In this document: positions 15,884 to 28,679 of the stretch, one piece after another | Layout of the letters: each line of letters begins with the position of its first letter | Numbering within the stretch: position 1 is the first letter of the stretch | NCBI GenBank assembly: GCA_951406725.2 | Contig: OX597820.1 | Span: 126,170,001 to 126,234,000 of the forward strand | Direction of reading: 5' to 3' | DNA length: 64,000 nucleotides | Origin: Octopus vulgaris | Lineage: Eukaryota | Translations under genes and position numbers: made by a program | The notes under the pieces: model-generated | What the model was told of the DNA's origin: nothing | Database searches by the model: none | The model's input: only the letters and a program-made list of their open reading frames with translations

Positions 15884-16515
15884 GATGGGCTTCTTCCATA
15901 CTCACATGCATTTATAGACACATGCACACTTGCTCACATACATACATACACCCGCATACACACACGGATACAAAGAAAAGTACATAGAAGCGTAAACAAA
16001 ATTATCAAAATAAATGATTTTTCAATTAATTCCTTCAAGTTTTTTTTTTCATCAATACTTTTTAATGCATCTCCACAATACAACAACCGTTATTTAGAAA
16101 AGTCCCCTCACACTATTTTGATTTTGTCCTTTATTGTAAGCAGATATGTTTTCTTCCTCGCGCTTCTGTTCTGCCATTAAATTACAAAGAATATTTTCTT
16201 GCGAAAACTACGCAAAAGATTATAGGTCTCTAATTAATTCCGCTAATTCAAAGCTTTGCCAATCAAACGCCTACCTAATTTTGTTGCTAAGCAACACTGC
16301 GTTAACTTGTCATTCACAGCTAATGAAAGGCGTAAATTAAATGGCAACACCTTTTTAGTTTGTTCTCACTATTGGCATACTTAAATCGTTCTATCTAGTT
16401 ATACAGATATAAAACTGATTATATAATAATACAGGGTATCTCAGAATTAACTAGCTATTTCAGCGAAATCGGAGAGTTTTTATCTATGTCTATCATGTTT
16501 AATATATGTTAAAAG

Positions 16516-16932
16516 GGATTTTTTTCGGTTTGAACGGCAGTTTTTTCTAGCGGTATCATATGAAATTGTCTCCCATAATTATGACCCTAATATCGATCTA
16601 TTGCATTTCAATCTATTTTAGAGTTATGGTAAGGGGTGGGGGAAGGGTATCTTTTTTCTTCAGAAATGTAAATAAACCCAATCTGTTTCTTAAACAAGGG
16701 ACATTTTCATACGGCACAGAATGCTTTCACCTCAATAGACGTCATTGATTGGTTGAAATTGCAGAAATTGAAGAAAAAGCAACAACAAATATCTTACAAA
16801 CTATAGAATTTTCTCAATAAAGCCAAGAGAAAAAGATGTTTTATAAACACATTCTACCAGTATACGAAGTTTAAAAGTGTTTGGTTATGTGGAAATTATT
16901 TTTAATAACTGCCGTTCAAACCGAAAAGATCC
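16516..16932. mobile_element. MITE with ~26-bp TIRs and 8-bp TSD (Merlin- or hAT-type)
   Basis: TIRs GGATTTTTTTCGGTTTGAACGGCAGT / ACTGCCGTTCAAACCGAAAAGATCC; perfect TSD GTTAAAAG at 16508-16515 and 16933-16940. Confidence 0.85.
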
Positions 16933-17282
16933 GTTAAAAGTGCATCAATTTTTTTATTTTGTATGTAATTTTATAATGATTGCAATTTTTTATATAATTA
17001 TATAATTTTATTTTCCTTCCTGTTATCTGTCTACGCTTTATGTCCACAAGAGCTTTTTTTTTCAATTTGTCTGCAATCATTTTCTCTAACGACATCCTCA
17101 GGATAGAGCAATAGTTTAGCTGAACTGAAAGAACGCATTCAGTTAACCATGCAGGAGATAACTTTTAAATTACTTCAAAATGTATTTCGCAAAGCTAAGG
17201 ATAGATTTGAAATTTGCAGGGATACCAACGGAGCTCTTGAAAATTTTCAATATAAAATTTTGACGTAAGATTTATAAATTTA

Positions 17283-17670
17283 CTAGCAGTATAGCCCATC
17301 GTTGCTCGGGCTTGTTTTCTTTTCGACTCTTTAGAATTAGAATTTTTAAAAAGTAAAGATTTTGTAGCTTGTTATTCTCTTGAGTAACATTTCAGTAATT
17401 AAAAGTGAACATTTTTCTGGTTGAAATACATCGAAAAAGGGCGACACAGCAGTAAAAAAATCGTAAAGAAATAGGGATTTTCATTAAAAAAAAGCACCAT
17501 TTTGATGAAAATGATTTTTACTCTTAATATGATTCGAATTGAATTTTTTCTTCTACGAAAGGAAGAGCAAGCCTTCTTCTATCATACTCCCAATTTTGGT
17601 CAACTTGCGCCGCAGAGTCTCGGAGGAGATAGTGTTAGTTGAAGGCTACCAAACCTGCCATAGAGAGAGA
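17283..17670 (-). mobile_element. Non-autonomous Helitron-like element (3' end)
   Basis: Minus strand ends CCCGAGCAACGATGGGCTATACTGCTAG|T: subterminal hairpin followed by CTAG; 5' boundary uncertain. Confidence 0.6.
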
Positions 17671-17849
17671 TTTATTTTCGCATCATAATTAAGTAATAAA
17701 ATCCTACTGTTGTTTTTTTTTATAAATTTGTCCTATTTCATTGAAATAGATTGTTAATTCTGGGACACCCTGTACCATGGTTAATAAGCTTATGTTGTGA
17801 GGAAAGGGTAGGAGAATAAGAAGAGCAGCGGGGAAAATATAGCTTGCGG

Positions 17850-18063
17850 TATTTAGGGTTACCTTTTCGAGTCATGCCGAGCTTCCTGGGACTGGACACC
17901 GGTCTGCCCTAGGACTACTCATTTTTGCCAGCTGAGCGGACTGGAGCAATGTGAAATGAAGTGTTTTTCTCAAGAATACAACGCGTCGCCCGGTCCAGGA
18001 ATCGAAACCACAATCTTAGGATCATGAGTTCAACACCCTAACCACTAAACCACGCACCTCCAC
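17850..18063 (-). mobile_element. tRNA-derived SINE
   Basis: Head GGTGCGTGGTTTAGTGGTTAGGGTG...GGTTTCGATTCC (A/B boxes); related to 27957, 51704 and 62557. Confidence 0.75.
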
Positions 18064-18302
18064 ATTGTGGTATTTACAAATGTCATTTTCTTCTTTTTTT
18101 CTTTTTGACTATGTTCAAATCATAAACCTTTTATATATTTTACCATTTATCGGTCACTTTTTTTCATCATTGGATTGTGACCACATGACAATTCTCTTTA
18201 CCAGACTTCTTGTCGAAAACGCAAATGCCAGTAAGTAATAAGTTGAGGAACGTTGCGATAACAATGAGACTTCCTCATATGAAAAAAGAAAAGAAAGCAT
18301 AT

Positions 18303-18515
18303 AGGCGCAAGCATGGTTGCGTGGTTCAGCAGATCATTCTGCAACCACCTGGCTTCCGATTCAGTCCCACTACGAGTCACCTAGGGCAAATGTCTTCAAC
18401 TACAGCTATGGGCCGACCCATCAATGCCTTGTGAATGAATCAGGTAGGTGGAAACTGTGTGGAAGCCATCGTATAGATAGTTGCAGAGACGTAAACACAC
18501 CAACACCGGTTGGAA
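18303..18515 (+). mobile_element. tRNA-derived SINE, degenerate
   Basis: Similar to 4729-5120. Confidence 0.65.
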
Positions 18516-18636
18516 AATCTTCTTATCACACAGCTACGCCTGCACCTAAAATTTTCTCCTGGGCAGAGAGTAGTGTATGTATAATTTTAGCTCATTATCG
18601 CTCCATACATACAAAGATAGACAGATCGATCGATCG

Positions 18637-18705
<69 letters not shown>

Positions 18706-18706
18706 G

Positions 18707-18811
<105 letters not shown>

Positions 18812-18828
18812 GGATGGATAGATAGATG

Positions 18829-18892
<64 letters not shown>

Positions 18893-19141
18893 TGTTTCTT
18901 TATTAGCCACACAGGGCTGCACACAGATAGAACAAATTACAAGGTAGAGCTTTTCTTTTGAAGGTTTAAAAAATAAAAAAAAATAAAAAATAAAAAATAA
19001 AATAAAAATAAAATAAAAAAGGGGGGTCGATCAAAAGGGATCGTAAAAGGAGAGAAGGAGGACAAAAAAAGGGGGGGTTAAAAAAAGGGGGAGAGGAAAA
19101 AATTGATCAATAGGGATCGTTATCACAGAAATGTCAATATG

Positions 19142-19144
<3 letters not shown>
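18893..19144 (-). mobile_element. 5'-truncated Tx1-group LINE, family B (3' UTR only, ~250 bp)
   Basis: Nearly identical to 25628-25855 apart from homopolymer runs; GATA repeats on both sides. Confidence 0.9.
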
Positions 19145-19207
<63 letters not shown>

Positions 19208-19223
19208 CATAGATAGATGGAAG

Positions 19224-19306
<83 letters not shown>

Positions 19307-19363
19307 GGATGGATAGATAGATAGATAGATAGATACATAGATAGATGGATGGATAGATAGATG

Positions 19364-19428
<65 letters not shown>

Positions 19429-19726
19429 CTTTTTATTGTAGCCACACAGGGCTAAACACAGAATAAAAATGGACGAAATACAATGTAGAATTTTTTCTTT
19501 TCGAGGTGGGATGGGTGGGGCAAGAAGAAAAAAAAAAAAAAACGTTTGATCAATAGGGATCTGTGGGTTGTGTGGTGTATAAAAAAGCAATATATATATA
19601 TATATAAGGTTCACAGTTTAGGTGTAGTCTTGGAAAGAAAAACCTACAAAAAAGACCAAGGTCACCTCAGGCAATTCGAAAAAGAACACATGAGTAAGTC
19701 GCCTTACTTCTCGTTGTCTCTTTTGG

Positions 19727-22700
19727 TTACAGATTTATGCTTAAAATAGTGTCGTCTTTCATACTGACCATTTTTGCCACTTTTACCCACTTTTTATTAA
19801 AACATTCGTTCGACAAAGCCTTCTTCTCTATTCTCATCCTCCTTTTCAAGTGGTACTTGAAAAAGTTGACGAGAGACTGACCAGAGAGGAAGGTGTTTGT
19901 TTGCAGTCCTTTCAAACGCGTCCACCACACACATTCTTTCGCCATAGCCATCAGCGTAACGAAAACTGTTTTCCCTTCCCGTTTAAAGGAAGGTGGTGGA
20001 ACAATATTCACAATAGACTCGGCCGATAGGCGAGCCTGACCTACACGTGACAACAGCTGTTCGACGAAGGACCACAGCTCTGAAATATCTGGACACTGCA
20101 CGAGTGCGTGCAGAACGGTTTCGTCGCTCTGACCGCATCTCGGGCAGGTCGGTCCGGTGATGGTTTTCGAACCGTGTCTGTAGCTCTTCTCTCGAACAGG
20201 TAGTGCGTCTCGATAGCACTGCCAAGCCAGGGATTTCTGGAAGTTATCCATAGGCCCCGGCCCGAACGTCGTCCTGAACAGGCGGGTTAGGAATTCCTCG
20301 TCGACGCCCAGGTTTGCCCCGAGTGTGTCGTCGGACCTCCCCTCCACTAGTCCTCTATAGAACGCTTTAGTCGTTTGGAAGTTGCACAAGTTTGACCCCG
20401 GTCGGCAGAGCTGCTGTAGAGCTTGGCGACACTCTCGGTGCCAATCGCCCAGTTTCGGTCTCTTTTTGATCCACGTTTGCAGTTCGGTCAGTGAGACGAG
20501 CTGCGGGAAGTCGCGCCTCACAAACGGCGCCCACACCTGTTCACCGTCGTCGATGAATTTCCAGAGATGTCGCAGTCTCAGCGCATGCCTGCGCATCATC
20601 AACCACGGCATGCCCAGTCCTCCATTCAACGGATGTTGACAGCAAATGGACTTCCTCACCATCGGAACGCCACCCTTCCACAGGAAGCGGAAGAGTATGC
20701 GTTCCAGTTTGGTGATGGTGGCGTCGGGACAAGGTACGACGGTCAGGCGGTAATCGATGACGGATGCGATGTACGCGTTCGCCACCTCCGCCCGGCCTTT
20801 TAGAGACAGCTTTCTCTCGGCCCATGTTTGGCTGAGAGCGACCACTCTACTCGTGATCTCGTCCCAGTTCTTATCCATTTGGAGGTCCGGACTGAACCAG
20901 ACCCCGAGCAATTTAACCGGTCCGTCCGTCCAGCGTCCCACTACTGAGCCGCAGTCGGACGGCATGGGCTTGCTTCTCCAGGTGCCGAGTAGCAAACCCA
21001 CTGACTTTTCCGGGTTAATCTTTGCTCCCGTCACCGTTTCATATTTTCTTAGTGTCTCGCCGACCAGCTCGATGTGCTGGTAGCTCGACACTATGACGGT
21101 GACATCGTCCGCATATGCCGACACGCTCGTCCCGCAACCCAGTTCCCGTGGGATGCCCCTCAGTGTCGCCAGCTTCCGCAGTAGCGGCTCGAGAGTCAAT
21201 ACATACAGAAGCGCCGACAGGGGACACCCCTGACGGACCGAACGCGTGATGTCAAACGGTTTAGACAGGTGACCGTTTACCCGAATCACCGATCGGATGC
21301 CGCTATACAAGGCAGCGATCCAACCGCGGAAGACGGGACCGAAGCCAGCCGCCCTGAGGACGGCCGCCAAGTACCGATGGTCGACCCTATCGAAGGCTTT
21401 AGACTGATCCAAATTTATCAGCGCCCCACCCATGCCAGGATCCTTAACTACCCTGTCCACAATGTAGCGCATCAGATGGAGGTTGTCATGTATGGTTCTG
21501 CCCGGCACGGCGCATGTTTGCGCCCTGTCGACCAGTTTACCAATGACAAGCGCCAACCTCTCGGCTATTACTTTGGCCAAAATTTTCAAATCTGCGTTGA
21601 GCAGAGTGATGGGCCTGAAATTATCTATAAAATTCCCCTTGTTTGAGTCTTTCTTCAGCAACGTCACTGCACCTCGGCTCACGAAACCGGGGATTCTCCC
21701 GTTTTCTTGCCAGTTGCAGTAGACTGATGCCAAGAGGTCGCCAAACAAGTCTGGCATTCGACAATACAGCTCGTAGGGTAAACCATCCAATCCAGGCGAC
21801 TTATCCCTCGCGCAGCCCGCCATCGCATCCCACACGTCAGCGGCTGTGATGGGACTTTCACAACACTCCGCCTCTCTCGCCGAGAGCCGCGGCAGGTCGG
21901 TCAGGTAGGCACTGAAATCCATCCCTCGTTCCGACCCACCACTCGCACCAAACAGTCGAGCAAAGTGCTGTTGAAAGGCCTCACACATCCTTTCGGGTTC
22001 GAGTAAACTGCATCCCTGTTGATCTATTAGAGACCGAATGGTTGATCTGTTGCCACGCTGCGCCTCCGCTACCCGGGCCTCTCGTGCAGCTTCAATCCCT
22101 TCGTTCCTTAAGGCACGCATTTTAGCTCTGACGACGCAACCTTCGTGCTTGGCGTTGAGGTGTTGGTCGAGGGCCATCCTCGCAGCTAGCACGTTGGTTG
22201 CGCTGCCAGTGGTAAGTGCCTCTTCTAGTTTCTTAACTAAGTCTCCCTCTACTCTATTTCGTTCTATCGCTAATTCCTTGCTAAACCTAATTGATTCCGA
22301 TTTTATTGCCATTTTCAGGGCGTACCACCAGCGGTTGTTAACGACCGCTCCCGTCAGCGCCCTCTTAATTAACTCGCTAATCCGGTTCCTGTAAACCTGT
22401 CGCGCTAACAGCGACGTGTTCAGTTTCCAGTAACCGGGACCCTGCCTATGTGTTTTATCTAAGTCGAGCGTACACGTAACAAATTTGTGATCTGTGTAGC
22501 TGACTATTTTAAATTGTGGACATCCTACACTATCCCTATCCGCTGTCCTGCATAGAATTCTATCTAGATAAGATCTCGACGATCCGACGCGGTTTGTCCA
22601 AGTCCACGTTGGCACGTTCGGATGGTCGAGTCGGAACCTGTCAGACAAATGGAAACGTCTGAGCAGGTCTTTGAGGCTCTTACACCCCCTTCTATTCCTA

Positions 22701-23176
22701 TCCCTTCCCACATAATCTAGATGCGTGTCCAAGGTAGCGTTCCAATCCCCTACTAACAGTAAAGGTCTAGACGTACCCAGGAAAACCTCTAGACGTCTGA
22801 AGAAATCCGCCCGACCCGTTAAGGACGGTGCATAAACTGCCATCAGACGGAATGCACACCCATTTCTGCCATCCACGTCCAAGACAACCAGCCTACCCTC
22901 CGGGTCTAGGAATATTGCTCTTACTTTTACCTTTAGACTCTTTCGAAAAAGCACCGCAGTACCTCCACCACCCATGTTCGGCAGACAGGGAGAAAAATAA
23001 ATGTCAAATTGATTGCCAAACATGGACTCGAGGGCCCGCGGCTTACTGAGTCTGGTTTCACTGATAGCTACTATATCCACGTCCAGTGACTTGATGTCGT
23101 TTAGAAGGTAACCTTGCTTCCAAGCCGACGCCAAGCCACGCGCATTCACACAACCTAATTTAAGCATACTTGACAT
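19727..23176 (-). CDS. LINE ORF2: APE endonuclease + reverse transcriptase + C-terminal zinc finger (1149 aa)
   Basis: APE motifs VNARGL, ISET, VYAP, GDWN, SYLDRI, TDH; GPGYWKLN linker (L1/Tx1); RT motifs KSPGLDG, RPITLLN, LDQSKAFDRVDH, VRQGCPLS, YADD; CPRCGQSDETVLHALVQC. Confidence 0.96.
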   Translation of the reverse strand: MSSMLKLGCVNARGLASAWKQGYLLNDIKSLDVDIVAISETRLSKPRALESMFGNQFDIYFSPCLPNMGGGGTAVLFRKSLKVKVRAIFLDPEGRLVVLDVDGRNGCAFRLMAVYAPSLTGRADFFRRLEVFLGTSRPLLLVGDWNATLDTHLDYVGRDRNRRGCKSLKDLLRRFHLSDRFRLDHPNVPTWTWTNRVGSSRSYLDRILCRTADRDSVGCPQFKIVSYTDHKFVTCTLDLDKTHRQGPGYWKLNTSLLARQVYRNRISELIKRALTGAVVNNRWWYALKMAIKSESIRFSKELAIERNRVEGDLVKKLEEALTTGSATNVLAARMALDQHLNAKHEGCVVRAKMRALRNEGIEAAREARVAEAQRGNRSTIRSLIDQQGCSLLEPERMCEAFQQHFARLFGASGGSERGMDFSAYLTDLPRLSAREAECCESPITAADVWDAMAGCARDKSPGLDGLPYELYCRMPDLFGDLLASVYCNWQENGRIPGFVSRGAVTLLKKDSNKGNFIDNFRPITLLNADLKILAKVIAERLALVIGKLVDRAQTCAVPGRTIHDNLHLMRYIVDRVVKDPGMGGALINLDQSKAFDRVDHRYLAAVLRAAGFGPVFRGWIAALYSGIRSVIRVNGHLSKPFDITRSVRQGCPLSALLYVLTLEPLLRKLATLRGIPRELGCGTSVSAYADDVTVIVSSYQHIELVGETLRKYETVTGAKINPEKSVGLLLGTWRSKPMPSDCGSVVGRWTDGPVKLLGVWFSPDLQMDKNWDEITSRVVALSQTWAERKLSLKGRAEVANAYIASVIDYRLTVVPCPDATITKLERILFRFLWKGGVPMVRKSICCQHPLNGGLGMPWLMMRRHALRLRHLWKFIDDGEQVWAPFVRRDFPQLVSLTELQTWIKKRPKLGDWHRECRQALQQLCRPGSNLCNFQTTKAFYRGLVEGRSDDTLGANLGVDEEFLTRLFRTTFGPGPMDNFQKSLAWQCYRDALPVREKSYRHGSKTITGPTCPRCGQSDETVLHALVQCPDISELWSFVEQLLSRVGQARLSAESIVNIVPPPSFKREGKTVFVTLMAMAKECVWWTRLKGLQTNTFLSGQSLVNFFKYHLKRRMRIEKKALSNECFNKKWVKVAKMVSMKDDTILSINL

Positions 23177-23233
23177 TTACGAAAATTGTGTTTTACACAC
23201 TATATTAGAAGAGACAAGAGGCAAGAAGTGAGG

Positions 23234-25120
23234 TCACTTACTCATTTTAAAAGTTTCATTTTTTTCTTCTTCTTCTTTTGTATCGTTTTTGATGAGGTGT
23301 TTGTATAGTTTTTTCGACAGGTATCGTTGATACCCGCCTACCGCATTCGGAAATAATGTTTTCAGTATGTGGTGTTGTGCTTGTGTTATGTGTAAAATTC
23401 TGATGTGTTTCGGTGGTGTGGTGTGCGGATGATTGTTTGTCTTAAAATCATCTTCACAGACGACCATGTTAGATTTGATGTAGTCCATTAATTCTTTATT
23501 GTCTGTGTCTATTGCAGTTAGTTGTGTGTGTGGTTTTACGGGTTCATTACTTTTTTGATTGTCTAGGGGAATGTTGTCCTGAGTGAGATATCTCCCTGCT
23601 TTAATTCCTTGTTTGGTGGATTTTTTGGATCTTTTTCTTTTACCCCCTGTGGCTATTTGCCATTCCGTCGAACTTTCTTCGTCCGACGTATCAGTATGGG
23701 GTAGAGGAAAAAGATCAGGATCACTATGTATGCTTGTATAAATTGTTGATGTTTTGTGCGGTGTTTGTGTTGTTGTGGTGTTAGGGGTAGCATTTGTCTT
23801 CTCGTCAGTGTTTTCTGTCTTTTTAATTGTCGTCCTGGGTGTGGGCGTGGGTCTATTTTTTGTTAATTCAACAGGTTTAATTGGTTGTGAAGTCAACGGT
23901 GATTGTGTTGGTACTGTTTTTCTTGGTGATGTTGTTGGGGTTTGTCTGCTGGTTTGTTGTTTTTCTTGGCGTTGTTCCATAATTGAGTGTGTTGGTGTTG
24001 GTGTTGGCAACAAAGGGATTTTATTTGTTTTCTGAATTGTTCTTTCTTGTTTTTTCTGTACCAGATCGCACTTAGCAATCAAATGTTCGGGGCTGCCACA
24101 TTTGTAGCATCTAGGCTTTTTGCCTTCTGCCATAACATATAGGCATTGCCCATTCTCCAAGTATATCTTGTCGGGTAGGCTCTCGATAGAGGCCCCCTCA
24201 ATCTGGATGGTCACAACTACTGTTTTTCCACCCCAATTGTCGTTTAGGTACACGGCTGTTTCTAGAATATTGATCTTTTTCAAGTGGTAACAGATTGCCC
24301 CTGTTATCCATTTGTTCGGCATATCGGGGGGTACATTTCTGATAGTAATTCTACTCACCCTCTGGTTTTTATAATAAGGGACCATGATGATTTCATCATT
24401 TCCCAGAGACTCAGTAGAGTGAGCTTTTGCCACTTCCTGGTTAGGGAAGCGGACCACTACTGTGTTAAACTGTGGACCCCAGTTTATATACTCTTTTTCT
24501 TTCATTATATTTTTTAAACATTTCTCCACATCAGTTTTTGTAATCTGTTCATTTGGTTTTTTGTTTTTTCTAATAATTTTATATACAATTGTCTTATTTT
24601 CAATTTCTTGTTTTATATGTTGAGGTGTATGCAGGACTAAATCTTGTCCACGGGTTGTAAAGAGAGCTCTTGTTTCTATGAGCTCTTCATTTGTGAATGT
24701 AACAATCTCCTTTTTCTGGCGAAGAATATCTGCGAAATTTACTGTTGTTGACTTTTTTGTATTGGCATCTTCACTATTAGATAGTTCATTTTTATTGTTG
24801 TTCTTGTTGTTGCTGTTGTTTTTGTCAATAGTTTTCGTTTCAGTTTTATTTTTATCATTTATGTTGGTCGTGGTCGTGGTGGTGGTGGTGGTGGAGGTGG
24901 TGGTGGTAGCAGTTGTTGTCTCGTGGTTGCTGTTGTTAGTGGTGGTGGTGGCGTTGGTGACAGGGCTGTTAACGCACGTGGTTGCAGCGTTCCTTTCACC
25001 GAATTTCACGTTGGCATTTTCCGTGCGAACGTTCTTTTTTTTCTCTGTCGTTTCCAGACTAGGAAAATGTTGTTCCAAAAAAGAACGCGACCAGCGTTCA
25101 ACAATAAAATTTCTAGACAT
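23234..25120 (-). CDS. LINE ORF1: gag-like nucleic-acid-binding protein (628 aa)
   Basis: Directly upstream of ORF2; CCHC knuckle CYKCGSPEHLIAKC preceded by an RRM-like region (RITIRNVPPDMP); Thr/Asn-rich disordered flanks. Confidence 0.88.
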   Translation of the reverse strand: MSRNFIVERWSRSFLEQHFPSLETTEKKKNVRTENANVKFGERNAATTCVNSPVTNATTTTNNSNHETTTATTTTSTTTTTTTTTNINDKNKTETKTIDKNNSNNKNNNKNELSNSEDANTKKSTTVNFADILRQKKEIVTFTNEELIETRALFTTRGQDLVLHTPQHIKQEIENKTIVYKIIRKNKKPNEQITKTDVEKCLKNIMKEKEYINWGPQFNTVVVRFPNQEVAKAHSTESLGNDEIIMVPYYKNQRVSRITIRNVPPDMPNKWITGAICYHLKKINILETAVYLNDNWGGKTVVVTIQIEGASIESLPDKIYLENGQCLYVMAEGKKPRCYKCGSPEHLIAKCDLVQKKQERTIQKTNKIPLLPTPTPTHSIMEQRQEKQQTSRQTPTTSPRKTVPTQSPLTSQPIKPVELTKNRPTPTPRTTIKKTENTDEKTNATPNTTTTQTPHKTSTIYTSIHSDPDLFPLPHTDTSDEESSTEWQIATGGKRKRSKKSTKQGIKAGRYLTQDNIPLDNQKSNEPVKPHTQLTAIDTDNKELMDYIKSNMVVCEDDFKTNNHPHTTPPKHIRILHITQAQHHILKTLFPNAVGGYQRYLSKKLYKHLIKNDTKEEEEKNETFKMSK

Positions 25121-25320
25121 TTTCTAATGTCGAGAAGAAAATAACAGAAATGAAATGGGGTCGAAACTGCCCCTAGGGGCGAATTCCTCCCTTGGAATGG
25201 CACTCAAATGAAAGTTGGTTGCCTTACACACCTTATTTGCAAAAATCTACACAAAAATTGGCCTATAAATAGTCAAAATAAATGATTACCTTCGGAGCTG
25301 AAACGACATCACATCCGTCA

Positions 25321-25430
<110 letters not shown>

Positions 25431-25431
25431 G

Positions 25432-25573
<142 letters not shown>

Positions 25574-25574
25574 C

Positions 25575-26742
<1,168 letters not shown>

Positions 26743-27664
26743 GCATTTATGTGTCTCTGTGTTAGTGTTTGTCCTCTCACCACCGCTTCACAACAGGTTT
26801 TGGATTGTTTAGGCTCCAGTAACTTAATGTCTTTCGTGCCCTCGTTTTACAGAAAAGGTGTTCTGACACGGAAGACACAGCCTTCGTATTTCCTGACGAA
26901 GGAAGAATCATTGGCCCTTCTTGCCGCTAGCATAACGTAAATAATACCTGTTCTGTGTGGCTCAGCTAATTATTTGACACGATCCTTTGTTAATTAACTC
27001 TTCTCCATTACTACAATTTTGCTAAAAGCTGACAGTTTCTGCTTTAATTTTCTGTTCTTTTTTCCCTTTTTTCTTTTTATTCATTTTTTTTGTATTTTAA
27101 TAGCACCAAATCCAAAGACTTACTCAACTGTTTTGCCCCCACCCAACCTCTATTTGAGAGGGCCGGACATCACTAAATTAAAGCTGCAGTGAAAAGGTCA
27201 ATTATTTATATCTTAGAACTATGTATAAATATACAGTGCTCAACGTTCCTCTGAGTTGAGCTCTGTCAACATATATCACAGTAGTTTTACGCGTGTAAAT
27301 ATACCCTGGTAGGATGAACTTAAATATATACATCTCTAAGATGAAATTAAAATATGATAATGTGTTAGTTATAGCTTTACGGTTTTATTACTACTTAAAT
27401 TAACTATAAGTGCAGATAACAGGAATATGAGGCTTTGCTGATAGTTTGTATCATATATTGTAAAGAACTTGATGGTGTCCTACATTCACAGACACTAGAA
27501 ATGCAAATTCTGTGTTCAACAACATGAAAGATAACTAGACAATTATGATATACTGATTAACAAAAAATTATACATTTAAAAAAGAAGCGAGGACAACGCT
27601 ATAATTACTTTCACAGGATAGTGGGAAAATAACTCAAAATATTTCCATCAATATAATCTCTGCC

Positions 27665-27870
27665 CCGGGCAGAATCTTAAGCATATTGGACAAAATGCTA
27701 AGCGGCATTCTTTAGGGGTCTTTACATTCAAATCTTGCAGAGGTCACCTTTTCCTTTCATTCCTTCAGGATCGATTCAATAAATTACCCGTCAAATACTG
27801 AAGTCGATGCGATCGATTAATTTCCTCTCCAAAAAATCGTTGGTCTTATGATGCCAAAATTTGAATTAGC
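27665..27870 (+). mobile_element. CORE-type SINE, degenerate
   Basis: Similar to 57948-58170. Confidence 0.55.
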
Positions 27871-27956
27871 ATATACATATATTCTCTGTCTCTCGCACGC
27901 ACACACAAATTTTCCTCTGTTTTTTAAACCATTTTTCCCTCACTTTTTCCATGTGA

Positions 27957-28270
27957 AGGCGCGTGGCTTAGTGGTTGGTGTATTCGGCTAACAACCGTAA
28001 AGTCGGGAGTTGGATTCCAAATGGTGCGTTGTGTCCTCGAGCAAAATACTTTATTTCGTGTTACTCTATTTCACTCAGCTGACAAAAATGAGTTGTACTT
28101 GTAATTCAAAGGGCCAGCTTTGTCACATTGTATACCACACTGAATCTCCCTGAGAACTACGTTAAGTGTACTTATGTCTATGGAGTGCTCAGCCACTTAT
28201 ACGTTAATTTCACTAGCAGGCTGTTCCTTTCATCGGATCAACTGGAATCCACGTCGTTGTAACCAACATT
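27957..28270 (+). mobile_element. tRNA-derived SINE
   Basis: Head GGCGCGTGGCTTAGTGGTT; tail GAGAACTACGTTAAG...GGAGTGCTCAGCCACTT shared with 62557-62943. Confidence 0.8.
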
Positions 28271-28679
28271 AGTTTTCTCTCTCCCTCACCTTGCTACTTT
28301 TGAGAGTGGCCACCCGACCCGTAACTTACGTAGTTAACGTAGCTAGTTGCAACTGCCATCACAAGGCCTTTAACTACATTTTCTACATGTTTAATTTATT
28401 TTGCAATGGTAATGAAATCGTCTATTTCTGAGAAACAAGGTTTTTATAGGAGGTATTTGTATAAAAGTGGGAGTAAAAAAAACTCCACAGATGACCTTCA
28501 AGAGCAGAAAACATTTAGCAACACATTCTTCGTCTGATAAAGACATATGTATACTTGTTTCGACAGTGCATGTATCACTCACTCGGATTTGAGATATGCA
28601 AGCACATACACACACATGTATGGTTTTTAAATTTACCCACCTTACACTGACTCCAACCCCAAACGACAAGCAAATATAT

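Larger units (their letters stand above)
16432..17772 (+). mobile_element. Internally deleted Tc1/mariner element with TIRs and TA TSD, carrying nested insertions
   Basis: TA|CAGGGTATCTCAGAATTAAC ... GTTAATTCTGGGACACCCTG|TA; transposase C-terminal remnant SLAELKERIQLTMQEITFKLLQNVF...RFEICRDTNGA at ~17110-17240. Confidence 0.8.

Noticed and set aside
19983-25203. Short alternative-frame and antisense ORFs overlapping the LINE
   Set aside because: Shadows of the GC-rich ORF2 and low-complexity ORF1; no motifs.
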